The position numbers and the translations under genes were made by a program. Below the pieces are notes generated by a model. That model was not told the DNA's origin. It made no database searches and saw only the letters and a list, made by a program, of their open reading frames with translations. A stretch of DNA of 64,000 bases from Bdellovibrionota bacterium (GTDB taxonomy: Bacteria; Bdellovibrionota_C; UBA2361; CAKMMH01), in the NCBI GenBank assembly GCA_050952645.1, contig JBMNLI010000012.1:96001-160000 (forward strand), read 5' to 3'. Within the stretch, counting starts at the first letter, position 1, and every line of letters begins with the position of its first letter. Of this stretch, positions 31,494 to 40,143 are shown piece after piece.

Positions 31494-31524
31494 TTGACTA
31501 TATATATATATATATATATATAAT
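31494..31524 (+). promoter_or_regulatory. Sigma-70 promoter with (TA)12 tract, candidate phase-variable
   Basis: TTGACT (31494-99), 19-bp spacer, TATAAT (31519-24); (TA)12 spans 31499-31522. Confidence 0.7.
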
Positions 31525-31581
31525 TTTTTTGCTTGTATTAGAGTTAATAAAATTATTTTGAATTATATGGGAGAGAATATT

Positions 31582-31722
31582 ATGAATAGTAAGATATATG
31601 TAAGACCAGTAATTGTTGGGTGTTATGGTAAAAGTGGATGTTCAGTAGGAAATAAGTCTAATAAGACTGACAAAGATAACAATAAAGAAAGAAAAGACAA
31701 AAAAGATAATAATAAAAAATAA
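31582..31722 (+). CDS. Putative RiPP precursor peptide (46 aa, absent from the ORF track)
   Basis: MNSKIYVRPVIVGCYGKSGCSVGNKSNKTDKDNNKERKDKKDNNKK*. GGGAGAG RBS 6 nt upstream; YxxPxI leader motif; first ORF before rSAM/SPASM + RRE. Confidence 0.75.
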   Translation: MNSKIYVRPVIVGCYGKSGCSVGNKSNKTDKDNNKERKDKKDNNKK

Positions 31723-31974
31723 TAATATTTTTGCAACGAATTTTTTCCTATCAAATAAGGTGAACACTTCTTAATTAAGGTAAATTATTACGATAAGTTT
31801 TGCATTGAAATCTTTTTGATAAGAAGAATTTTTCTGTTATATGTTTTTGTGAATGAAGGAAAAATTTAGGTAATTATCATTAGTCAAGAAAATTTTTGTT
31901 TTTCTTATGCAAAACTAAGTTCTTTATTGTAATCAAGGTGTTTTAAAAAGAGCTTTGAAGAACTTTTCTGTTTT

Positions 31975-32994
31975 ATGAGTAAGTATAAACTGATGAGATT
32001 TGAAAATTTTAGATATTTAGACAGTTTTTACCCTTTTAAGTTGTCTTGGATGATTACAACACGGTGTAATATTAATTGTAATTTTTGCTTTCTTCCTTGT
32101 CTACTTAGGAAAGAAGAGATACATAGTATTCCAGTAAAAGATGTTTTGCAATGGTGTAAAAAGCATAAGATTTTTTCTTTAGAAGTTTTTGGTGGGGAGC
32201 CTTTTTTAGAGATTGATAGATTAATTGAGATAATAAAGAATACAAAAAAAGGAGAACCATATTTATCTAGAATTAGCACTAATGGCACGATTTACAACAA
32301 GAAAGTAGGGAAGCTACTCAGAGATTTGGAAAATTTTCAGCAGTTGCAGGTGAGTTTAGATGTTTCGGATAGTAATTCATATTTTGATATAAAAGGTAAA
32401 GATTATTTTGATAATGTTATAAACAATATCAAAAATTATGTTAGGGATAAAGTTCCTGTATCTCTAAGTGTTGTATTATCAACGCAAAATTTTCATATGA
32501 TAGTTGATTTAATTAAATTAGCAGAACAATTAGATGTAAAAAATATTAGTTTTGATGGGATGATGTGTAATAATGCTAATAGTGCCTATCATAATTGTCA
32601 TTTAACATATTTAGAAATGATTGAATTAAAAAACAAGCTAACAAATATGAAGAGTAGCAAAGTAAAGATAATATTGAATAATTCATATAATAGCAAAGGT
32701 CATAATTATAATAATTGTATGGCGGGTTTTACTGAAATGACTTTGCTTCCGAATGGCGATATTTATCCTTGTTCACTTTGCTTGTCAGATAACGATTTAA
32801 AGTTAGGTAGTATTTACAAAGGAATCGATAAGGAACGCAATGAAAAGCTGAAAAAATTTCTAAAGTATAGAGTATCTAGCAAGTGTCGCAATTGCGAGTT
32901 GCCATCTATTTGTGATGGTGCATGTAAACTTGTTCAACTGCAACGTGTTAAAAGTTTTTATAAAACCATAGGTTGTGATGATATTGGAAATTAA
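31975..32994 (+). CDS. Radical SAM/SPASM domain peptide maturase-like enzyme
   Basis: CNINCNFC (CxxxCxxC), FGGEPF, STNGT, QVSLD; SPASM CMAG...NGDIYPC...CRNC...CDGAC. Confidence 0.93.
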   Translation: MSKYKLMRFENFRYLDSFYPFKLSWMITTRCNINCNFCFLPCLLRKEEIHSIPVKDVLQWCKKHKIFSLEVFGGEPFLEIDRLIEIIKNTKKGEPYLSRISTNGTIYNKKVGKLLRDLENFQQLQVSLDVSDSNSYFDIKGKDYFDNVINNIKNYVRDKVPVSLSVVLSTQNFHMIVDLIKLAEQLDVKNISFDGMMCNNANSAYHNCHLTYLEMIELKNKLTNMKSSKVKIILNNSYNSKGHNYNNCMAGFTEMTLLPNGDIYPCSLCLSDNDLKLGSIYKGIDKERNEKLKKFLKYRVSSKCRNCELPSICDGACKLVQLQRVKSFYKTIGCDDIGN

Positions 32995-33184
32995 TACAAG
33001 TATTAAAATACGCGTGTTTAAAAAATTGGTATATATTTATATTCCACAAAATGATGCGATTTATGAGATGACAAATAATGATTGGAATAAAGTTAATTTA
33101 TTATACGGAGTTCCTATCAAAAAAAGTATTCTTAATTTTACAGAAAAAAAATTAGTTGAAATGAAAATTTTATTTTTAAAATGA
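32975..33184 (+). CDS. Small PqqD/RRE-like protein
   Basis: 69 aa with three beta-like segments then helices ending KLVEMKIL; overlaps both neighbours. Confidence 0.5.
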   Translation: MMILEINTSIKIRVFKKLVYIYIPQNDAIYEMTNNDWNKVNLLYGVPIKKSILNFTEKKLVEMKILFLK

Positions 33185-33912
33185 AAGATATAGAATTAAT
33201 CGAAATAAATTTAGGCATGTCCGATTGTCATTGTGTTGTGGATTCCAATTTTGACATAAAATTTAAACAACTTAAGATGATTTTTGAAAATTTACCTTGG
33301 AGTAATGCTGAAATTGGAATAGGTGGTCATCCATTTAGATATCCTTGGTGGAAAAGTATGCTATTTTTTTTATCAAATAGTGGTAGAAAGATTTATTTTG
33401 TAGATACTATTAACTTTTTGACTAAAGAAAAAATTGATGTAATAAACAGTTTTAATAATTTTCATTTGATTATTGAAGTAGAAAAACAAAAAGATTTAGA
33501 AGATATTCATAAAAATCAAATTAAGTATGAGGCTTTAATGTGTTCATTTAATAACATACAAAATATAATAATGAATGATAATATTGTAATAGAACAACCA
33601 GTAACTAATATCAATGCAATAATGGAAGAGTATGCAAAACAATTTTTCAAACATTATAAAAAAGATATTTGTAGGTTGAATGAACAAACTATTGTATGTG
33701 TTGCAATTGATGGTGATGTGTATCCTTGTGTTGCTTTGCAGCAAAAAACTTATTGTTTAGGCAATATATTTAATGATGATGAGAAAAAAATTAAAAAAGA
33801 ATATGGCTCGTTTATAAAAAAGATAAGTTGTAAATATTGTTGTCAAGGACGAAGTGTATCAAGATATAAAATTTTAAATTGTGATTTTTTATGTAACCAT
33901 AGAGAGATATGA
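33181..33912 (+). CDS. Degenerate radical SAM-like protein with SPASM/Twitch domain
   Basis: No CxxxCxxC (only DCHC) and GGHPF in place of GGEP; retains C...IDGDVYPC...LGNI...CKYCCQG...C. Confidence 0.75.
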   Translation: MKDIELIEINLGMSDCHCVVDSNFDIKFKQLKMIFENLPWSNAEIGIGGHPFRYPWWKSMLFFLSNSGRKIYFVDTINFLTKEKIDVINSFNNFHLIIEVEKQKDLEDIHKNQIKYEALMCSFNNIQNIIMNDNIVIEQPVTNINAIMEEYAKQFFKHYKKDICRLNEQTIVCVAIDGDVYPCVALQQKTYCLGNIFNDDEKKIKKEYGSFIKKISCKYCCQGRSVSRYKILNCDFLCNHREI

Positions 33913-34428
33913 ATGAATAATTTGTTTAGTAACGATAAAGATATAATTTATTTATTTGATGCAATAGATGAAAATGTATCCCATCAAATAATAAAAGAAA
34001 TAATTATAAAAAGCCAAATATCTAACAATATCTTTCTTTTTATCAATAGTCCAGGGGGAAGTGTAATAGATGCATTGGCAATATATGATATTATTCAATA
34101 TTATAAAGATAAAATTACTACTGTTGGGTTAGGTGTTGTTGGTAGTATTGCAACACTTTTGCTTTCTTCAGCAAGTTTTAAAAAGAGATATTTATTTAAT
34201 AATACTACAATTCATATACATTTGCCGTTTGGGGTTACTGAAATTGAGGAAAGCAAAAGCAACGAAGTAATCATGGAAGAATTAAGATTAGTAGAACTTG
34301 CCACTGGGTTATTTACGAAACATACTAATAGTAAATTAAACCTTGATAGGCTTGGAAAGCAAGAAAATTTAATATTCAATGCATATGATGCAGTAAATAA
34401 TTATGGGCTGGCAGACCATATTATTTAG
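33913..34428 (+). CDS. ClpP-like serine protease (S14)
   Basis: FINSPGGSVIDALAIYD, GVVGSIA (catalytic Ser position), IHIHLP (His), YGLADHII. The catalytic Asp position appears substituted (QENL). Confidence 0.85.
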   Translation: MNNLFSNDKDIIYLFDAIDENVSHQIIKEIIIKSQISNNIFLFINSPGGSVIDALAIYDIIQYYKDKITTVGLGVVGSIATLLLSSASFKKRYLFNNTTIHIHLPFGVTEIEESKSNEVIMEELRLVELATGLFTKHTNSKLNLDRLGKQENLIFNAYDAVNNYGLADHII

Positions 34429-34458
34429 TAGTTATTTAATTTTTAGGAAGGGTATAAA

Positions 34459-35481
34459 ATGTTTGAACAAGAAATAAGTATTGAGAAGAAAATTGATATG
34501 ATTATTTTAGAATATGTATCAAAAAATCTTTTAAAAAATAATAATGATATTAAAGCCGTGTTTCTTGTTGGTTCTGCCGCAAGAGGAGAGCTGTCAAGGA
34601 TATCAGATATTGATTTGTTGATAATTACAAATAAAAAACTTTCTGACGATCAGCAAGATAATATGCGTTCGGATGTTTATAAAGGATTGAGATTTTCTAT
34701 GCTCTATACTAATTTATCTTTATTGAAAGAGGGTGTAAGTCAAGAAATTCCTGCAACGATTACGTTCATTATTGATGCAAAGGTTATTTACGATCCTGAC
34801 GCTTTATTAAAAACTATAAAGTCACTTCTTAATGATTTTAAGTTGTCAAATAATTTAAAAGAAGAAATTATAAGTGCAGAAAACAGGTTAAGTATTTTAA
34901 AAGATGCAAGCTTAGAAAATCAAAATTTTAATATTTTAATGACATCAATAGATTTAGCGAGAGAGTTTTTATGTTTGAACAATGATCCTTATATGGCAGT
35001 TAAACATTTATATAAACATTTAAGCTTATATAATAATAGTTATGCTGAAAGTTTTAGAGAAATATGGAAATGTGAAGATGAATGCAAAGTAATTAAAATA
35101 TTTGAAAAACAAATTGCTAATTTAAATAAATTAAAGGATTGTAATCAATGCAAAAATAATAATATAAATATTATTCCAAGAATAGAAAATGCAGAAGAAG
35201 CTTTAAATACTGCAAAATATTTATTAAATAATAAAAATTTTGAAGCTGTGCCTATTGTGTTTTCTGAGACATACTATTTATATAGAGGTTTTATGGAATA
35301 TTTGGGGCATGATTTTGATATATTAACTTATGAAAATTTTTTTAGTCTTTTGAATATGGAATCTCCTAAATTGTTATTAAGTTTTAGTAAAATTTGGCAA
35401 TTTTTTGATCATATGAGTATTTTAAAAATTTTAAAAAAACAAATTGAATTTTTAAAAAATTTAAGTGGAATAATTTTATAA
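34459..35481 (+). CDS. Pol-beta superfamily (MNT-type) nucleotidyltransferase with helical/HEPN-like C-terminus
   Basis: VFLVGSAARGELSRISDIDLLII (GS...DxD); C-terminal ENAEEALNTAKYLL... resembles HEPN helix 1. Confidence 0.75.
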   Translation: MFEQEISIEKKIDMIILEYVSKNLLKNNNDIKAVFLVGSAARGELSRISDIDLLIITNKKLSDDQQDNMRSDVYKGLRFSMLYTNLSLLKEGVSQEIPATITFIIDAKVIYDPDALLKTIKSLLNDFKLSNNLKEEIISAENRLSILKDASLENQNFNILMTSIDLAREFLCLNNDPYMAVKHLYKHLSLYNNSYAESFREIWKCEDECKVIKIFEKQIANLNKLKDCNQCKNNNINIIPRIENAEEALNTAKYLLNNKNFEAVPIVFSETYYLYRGFMEYLGHDFDILTYENFFSLLNMESPKLLLSFSKIWQFFDHMSILKILKKQIEFLKNLSGIIL

Positions 35482-36522
35482 ATGTTAGTTTCATTAGTCG
35501 ATAAAAAATCTCAAAATACTATTTTAAATGGTGCATGTTATTCTTTAAAGGAATCAAACATTATATTTGATATAGGTCGTAGTTTTTATAAAAATGAAGA
35601 TTTTTATTTACAAATCAAAAATAATGAAAAGTTATTCGAACCACATTATAATCATTTTTCAAAAATAATAAATCTATTTATATCACATATACACGAGGAT
35701 CACTATGCTGGTATATTTAATATACCAAGTGATATTTTGATAAATTTATATATTGGAGAGGTTTCTTTTGATATTTTACAATACAAGGCACTCGAAATTG
35801 GCAAGCCTCTCCCCAGTTTTAATGAAGTTAATTTTTTTAAAAATAAAAATTTTGTTAATATAGAACACTGGAATATTATTCCTGTTTCAATTCCTCATAA
35901 TATAGTTGATACTTGGGGATTTGTTGTTAAAAGAAGTGGAAATGAAAATAAATTCATATATTCTCCTGATATAAGTGAATGTTTTTGGAATTATTTTAAT
36001 GTCCTAGAAAACGACACAGTTTTGATAGATATATTGCCGATGCTTCCAGATTTTATGTACAATAATGATTTAGATGCTATATCAAAATCTAAACAGAGAG
36101 AAATGGGATTAATATTATTTGTAGATTATGGTTGGGATTTTGATAGAATAAATTATTTTATGAATAATTATTTTTTTGAAAAGCGAGTTTTCTTCTCAAA
36201 AGAAATGTTTAATAATTCTAAAATAGTGAATTTTCAAAATAAAAGAAATTTTGATTTGCTAGATTTTTTTAATGCACAAGTATTGAGTGATGGAATTTAC
36301 ATTTGTTCAATTAGCGAATTATATGATGTTATTCTGAAGTACCCTAAATTAGAACTAAATGTAATATCAAATGTATTTGAATTAAGCATAAATAATAGAG
36401 ACATATTATCATTAACAAGTTATAAATTTTATAATTTTTTTAAAAGTGGACATTTACCTGCAAATAAAATAGAAGAATATAAAAGAACCCATCAAGGTGT
36501 TGATATAATAACCCATAATTAA
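35482..36522 (+). CDS. Metallo-beta-lactamase fold hydrolase (RNase J/beta-CASP-like)
   Basis: IIFDIG, ISHIHEDHYAG (HxHxDH), IPHNI, YSPD, C-terminal SGH. Confidence 0.82.
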   Translation: MLVSLVDKKSQNTILNGACYSLKESNIIFDIGRSFYKNEDFYLQIKNNEKLFEPHYNHFSKIINLFISHIHEDHYAGIFNIPSDILINLYIGEVSFDILQYKALEIGKPLPSFNEVNFFKNKNFVNIEHWNIIPVSIPHNIVDTWGFVVKRSGNENKFIYSPDISECFWNYFNVLENDTVLIDILPMLPDFMYNNDLDAISKSKQREMGLILFVDYGWDFDRINYFMNNYFFEKRVFFSKEMFNNSKIVNFQNKRNFDLLDFFNAQVLSDGIYICSISELYDVILKYPKLELNVISNVFELSINNRDILSLTSYKFYNFFKSGHLPANKIEEYKRTHQGVDIITHN

Positions 36523-36566
36523 TGTTTGTATTAAAAAGCTTAATCTTAGTTTCTATACACTATATA

Positions 36567-37415
36567 TTATATTTTAAATTTAGCTTCTATAAGGCATTCT
36601 TTAAGTATGTTTGCTTTTTTAGAAAGCATTTTAAAGTCGTTATCGCTAATTAGCTTTTGCTTAAAAGATGTTTCTATAGTTTTTTCTAAACGCTCATAGA
36701 CAAATTTTGCTAGGTAAAATTTGTTGCAAACATTTTTAGAATGTTCGTATTTTAAAAGTCTTATTATACATATCTCTATGGCTATGCCATCAAATATTGA
36801 ACGAGAAAGAATTTTTCCTTTAAAATGTCGCCCCTCAAGAGTAGCATTTATAATCTCATCTGAAATTATAGGCTCATAAGTTCTTTTTTCGTTTAAAAAA
36901 GTATAAAAAGTATTTTGTTCAGGAAATTTTTGTAAGTTTGCTACTATATCTGAGTCTTCAACGGCTTGAAGCCCGAGTGTTGCAAACTTTTTTTCTTCTT
37001 CATTTAAAGATTGAAAGAATGGCTCATCTTCAATTTTAGATTGTGCCTCATGGAGCTTTACAAAAAGTAGAATATACTCATCATCGAAATTTTCATCTTC
37101 TATTAAAATTTGCTTTCCCATATCTCCATGGTTTAAATGTCTTTGAATTTCATTGTTTTTAAATTGATAAAATCTACCTATATCATGAAGTAGCGCTCCT
37201 ACTAAAAGCCTAGTTTGGTTTTCCTTAGAAAGAGTGTTAAGCTTTTCTTCATTTTGTATAAGATTTACCATGCACATATAAACATCGATAGAATGTGCAT
37301 ACTTTAAATTAAGCCAATCCATTTCTAACTTAGTTTTAGCTAGTAAAAATTGTTTATTAAAATGTTTTTGTAAAATTTTATAACTATCGATTATTAAATT
37401 ATCTGTAATATCCAT
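36567..37415 (-). CDS. HD-domain phosphohydrolase
   Basis: HSIDV, GALLHDIGRF, HGDMG, LHE, DSDIVAN. Confidence 0.88.
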   Translation of the reverse strand: MDITDNLIIDSYKILQKHFNKQFLLAKTKLEMDWLNLKYAHSIDVYMCMVNLIQNEEKLNTLSKENQTRLLVGALLHDIGRFYQFKNNEIQRHLNHGDMGKQILIEDENFDDEYILLFVKLHEAQSKIEDEPFFQSLNEEEKKFATLGLQAVEDSDIVANLQKFPEQNTFYTFLNEKRTYEPIISDEIINATLEGRHFKGKILSRSIFDGIAIEICIIRLLKYEHSKNVCNKFYLAKFVYERLEKTIETSFKQKLISDNDFKMLSKKANILKECLIEAKFKI

Positions 37416-37421
37416 CTTGTT

Positions 37422-37982
37422 TTATCTCCCTTGAATTCTATCTAACATTATAGCACAAGCGGCTCTTACGGAAAGATGATTATAATCGGTCGGCCCCTTT
37501 ATCGGTTCTAAAAAATAATCGGCTCTTGAAAGTAGCTTATCACTCATTCCCCAGCCAGTGCCTAGCATAAGAAGATAAGGCGTGTTTACATCGCTATTTA
37601 TCATTTCTTTCATTAGAGTAAATGAAATTCTTTTTCCGCCGTCTTTTGCAGAGCTTGCTATAAGTTTAGGAAGTTTCCCATATTTTTCATCAAGAAAAGT
37701 TATAGCTTCATCTAGCTCTCGAATAATATGAACTTTTGTAAGCGCTTCTTTTCTATTTCCATTATATTTTTCTCCAAAGCCCGACATCCAATGAGCTTTA
37801 AGAGTGCTAGCAAGTTTCCTTAGCGATGGGGAGGAATGACACACAAAAGTATTTCCCACGCCATAAGTTCTAGTGCTTCTAGCAATATCGTGCAGGTCTA
37901 TCATAGTTAGAGAGGTAGTAGTAATGTTTTTTTGTTTATCTACCATATCATCGTGAAGTAAGATTATATTTAAGTTTGACAT
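37422..37982 (-). CDS. SPOUT-family RNA methyltransferase (TrmD-associated)
   Basis: TTSLTMIDLHDIARS, LGTGWGM, LEPIKGPTDYNHLSVRAACAIMLDR. Confidence 0.88.
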   Translation of the reverse strand: MSNLNIILLHDDMVDKQKNITTTSLTMIDLHDIARSTRTYGVGNTFVCHSSPSLRKLASTLKAHWMSGFGEKYNGNRKEALTKVHIIRELDEAITFLDEKYGKLPKLIASSAKDGGKRISFTLMKEMINSDVNTPYLLMLGTGWGMSDKLLSRADYFLEPIKGPTDYNHLSVRAACAIMLDRIQGR

Positions 37983-38091
37983 ATCTTTTTACTTTTTTAT
38001 TTTCATTTTTTATTTTCATTTTTTACTTTCATTTATTTTTATATTTATTTTATATTTATTTTTATATTTTATGAATAGCGAATTTATAAAA

Positions 38092-38772
38092 TTAAACTCT
38101 ATTTAATAACTCAGGCTTTACTTTAGTGGTTTTCTCTATGGCTTTTTTTTCTCTCCATTTTTTTATGTTTTCATGATGACCTGAGGTTAAAACCTCTGGA
38201 ACTTTTAATCCTTGAAATTCTAAAGGGCGAGTATATTGAGGGGCTTCTAAAAGATTTTCGGAAAACGATTCAGTTATTATAGACTCGGTGTTGCCTATAA
38301 CGTTAGGGATAAGCCTAGTTGTAGCTTCTATAACCGCCATGCAAGGCACTTCTCCTCCCATAAGCACGTAGTCTCCTATAGATATTTCTTCATCTACTAC
38401 TAGGTCTATCACTCTTTGGTCGACGCCCTCATATCTTCCACAAATGAAAATAATGTTTTCTTTTTTACTATATTTAATAGCTTCAGATTGAGTAAAAGTT
38501 TTTCCTGATGGAGTAAGTAAGACGATGTAAGGGTCATCTAAGGTTTTTTTTAATTCATCAATTGCATAAAAAATAGGTTCAGGCTTCATAAGCATCCCAG
38601 CTCCGCCACCGTATGGCTCATCGTCTACTTTAAAATGTGGTGGGGAGGCGTAGTCTCTAATGTTTACAATATCTATTGAAAAGATTTTATTGTCTAGCGC
38701 TTTTTTTAAAAGCCCAGTGCTTAAAAAACTTGAAAAAATTTCAGGAAAAATTGTAAGAATAGCTATATGCAT
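38092..38772 (-). CDS. trmD: tRNA (guanine37-N1)-methyltransferase
   Basis: LTIFPE, VDDEPYGGGAGM, CGRYEGVDQR, SIGDYVLMGGE, PQYTRP. Confidence 0.97.
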   Translation of the reverse strand: MHIAILTIFPEIFSSFLSTGLLKKALDNKIFSIDIVNIRDYASPPHFKVDDEPYGGGAGMLMKPEPIFYAIDELKKTLDDPYIVLLTPSGKTFTQSEAIKYSKKENIIFICGRYEGVDQRVIDLVVDEEISIGDYVLMGGEVPCMAVIEATTRLIPNVIGNTESIITESFSENLLEAPQYTRPLEFQGLKVPEVLTSGHHENIKKWREKKAIEKTTKVKPELLNRV

Positions 38773-38803
38773 TTTATTTAAGTAAATTTATATAATAAAA
38801 TTA

Positions 38804-38885
38804 GTTCCTCACGTTTAAAGGTTGAGTTTAAATTCTAAAAAATTAGTATTAACCACCAAAGCGGAGCCTAAAAGAAAATAGCTAG
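38804..38885 (+). repeat. Degenerate copy of the dispersed repeat
   Basis: GTTCCTCACGTTTAAAGG...AATTAGTATTAACCACCAAAGCGGAGCCTAAAAGAAAAT. Confidence 0.7.
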
Positions 38886-38930
38886 CAAAGAAAAATTTTT
38901 ACCTAAAAAAAATTTTACGCTCTTTCTTTT

Positions 38931-39257
38931 TTACGCTCTTTCTTTGGCTCTTTCTTTTCTAGCTTTTCTATTTTGTTTGATTTTTTCTAGTCTAGCTGCT
39001 TCTTTATCTTCGTAAATATTTGACATATTCGTTTTGATTAAGTTTCTAACTAAATTGCTAGGTTTTGCACCATTTTTAATATAAAAATTTATTCTCTCTT
39101 CATTTAAAACTACTACTGGTGGTTCTTGCATAGGGTTGTAAGTTCCTATGATTTCAATATATTTTCCATCTCTGCTAGCTGAAGTTTCCGTTGCTACTAT
39201 TCTATAAAAAGGGTTTTTCTTCTTTCCATGTCTTGAAAGTCTAAGTGTAACTGCCAC
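38931..39257 (-). CDS. rpsP: 30S ribosomal protein S16
   Basis: AVTLRLSRHGKKKNPFYRIV...RDGKYIEIIGTYNP; GTG start with GGAG RBS. Confidence 0.97.
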   Translation of the reverse strand: MAVTLRLSRHGKKKNPFYRIVATETSASRDGKYIEIIGTYNPMQEPPVVVLNEERINFYIKNGAKPSNLVRNLIKTNMSNIYEDKEAARLEKIKQNRKARKERAKERA

Positions 39258-39545
39258 GTTTTTAGTTCTCCAAATAAAATAAAAAATAATACAAAATTTA
39301 TAAAAACACTTTTTTGATTATAATTTTTTTGATTATAAATAGATGATTATAAGTTCGATTATAAATTATAATTATAAATTATATAAGTGTATATAAATTA
39401 AATTATAAGTGCATATAAATTAAAGTGCAAGTTTTTTAAAATGCAAATTATCTTAAATTTGCAAATAGTATAAAAAATTCATTTTCAAATTTATCATATT
39501 ACGGTATAATTTGCAAACACTTTGAAATTTTTTAGGTAAAAAAAT

Positions 39546-39977
39546 ATGAGAAAAAAATATAATAAAAATTTAATATTATTACAATTTTTTTTATTATTTA
39601 CACTTTTTATAAACGTTTCTCTAGCAGATGATAATATAAACAATAATATAAATAATAGTATAAATAATAGTATAAACAATGATGAAAAAGGGTTAGTAGT
39701 TTTTTGCACTGCCGATATGCCTTGTGATAAAGATGGGAATGTATTAAGAAAATATTTAGAGAGCGATTGTTTGGAAACTTATCAAAAAAGATGTTTAAAC
39801 TATAAATTGCAAGAATTATCTAAAGAAGCGTGTAAGTGTAAGGAAAGATTGAAGAAAAGAAATGAGAGGAACAAAAGAAAAGACTCTGTAATTAAAGAAA
39901 AAAATAAAAAAATTAGAGAAAAAAATAGAGAAATTCGTGAATTAAAAAAACGACTAAGGCTTTCTAAAAGGCGTTAA
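39546..39977 (+). CDS. Hypothetical secreted Cys-containing protein with basic C-terminal tail
   Basis: Signal peptide ending VSLA, Asn-rich repeat, 6 Cys, K/R-rich tail. Confidence 0.65.
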   Translation: MRKKYNKNLILLQFFLLFTLFINVSLADDNINNNINNSINNSINNDEKGLVVFCTADMPCDKDGNVLRKYLESDCLETYQKRCLNYKLQELSKEACKCKERLKKRNERNKRKDSVIKEKNKKIREKNREIRELKKRLRLSKRR

Positions 39978-40091
39978 AATATATATTTATAACGAGAAAT
40001 AGCGTCAACAAGTAAAAGGGGCTACAAAAAAAGGCTACAAACAAAAAAGGTTAAAAATAAAAAAGGTTAAAAATAAAAAAGGGTTAAAAAT

Positions 40092-40126
40092 AAAAAAGGT
40101 TGAAAGAGAGCATGTCAACCTTTTTT
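40092..40126. terminator. Bidirectional terminator hairpin
   Basis: AAAAAAGGTTGA-aagagagcatg-TCAACCTTTTTT between convergent genes. Confidence 0.75.
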
Positions 40127-40143
40127 TTGTTTCTCGACATCTT

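Noticed and set aside
31975..36522. Canonical pqq or mycofactocin operon, or viperin
   Set aside because: The precursor lacks ExxxY and IDGxCGVY, there is no PqqC or MftD/E, and the rSAM carries a full SPASM extension unlike viperins.
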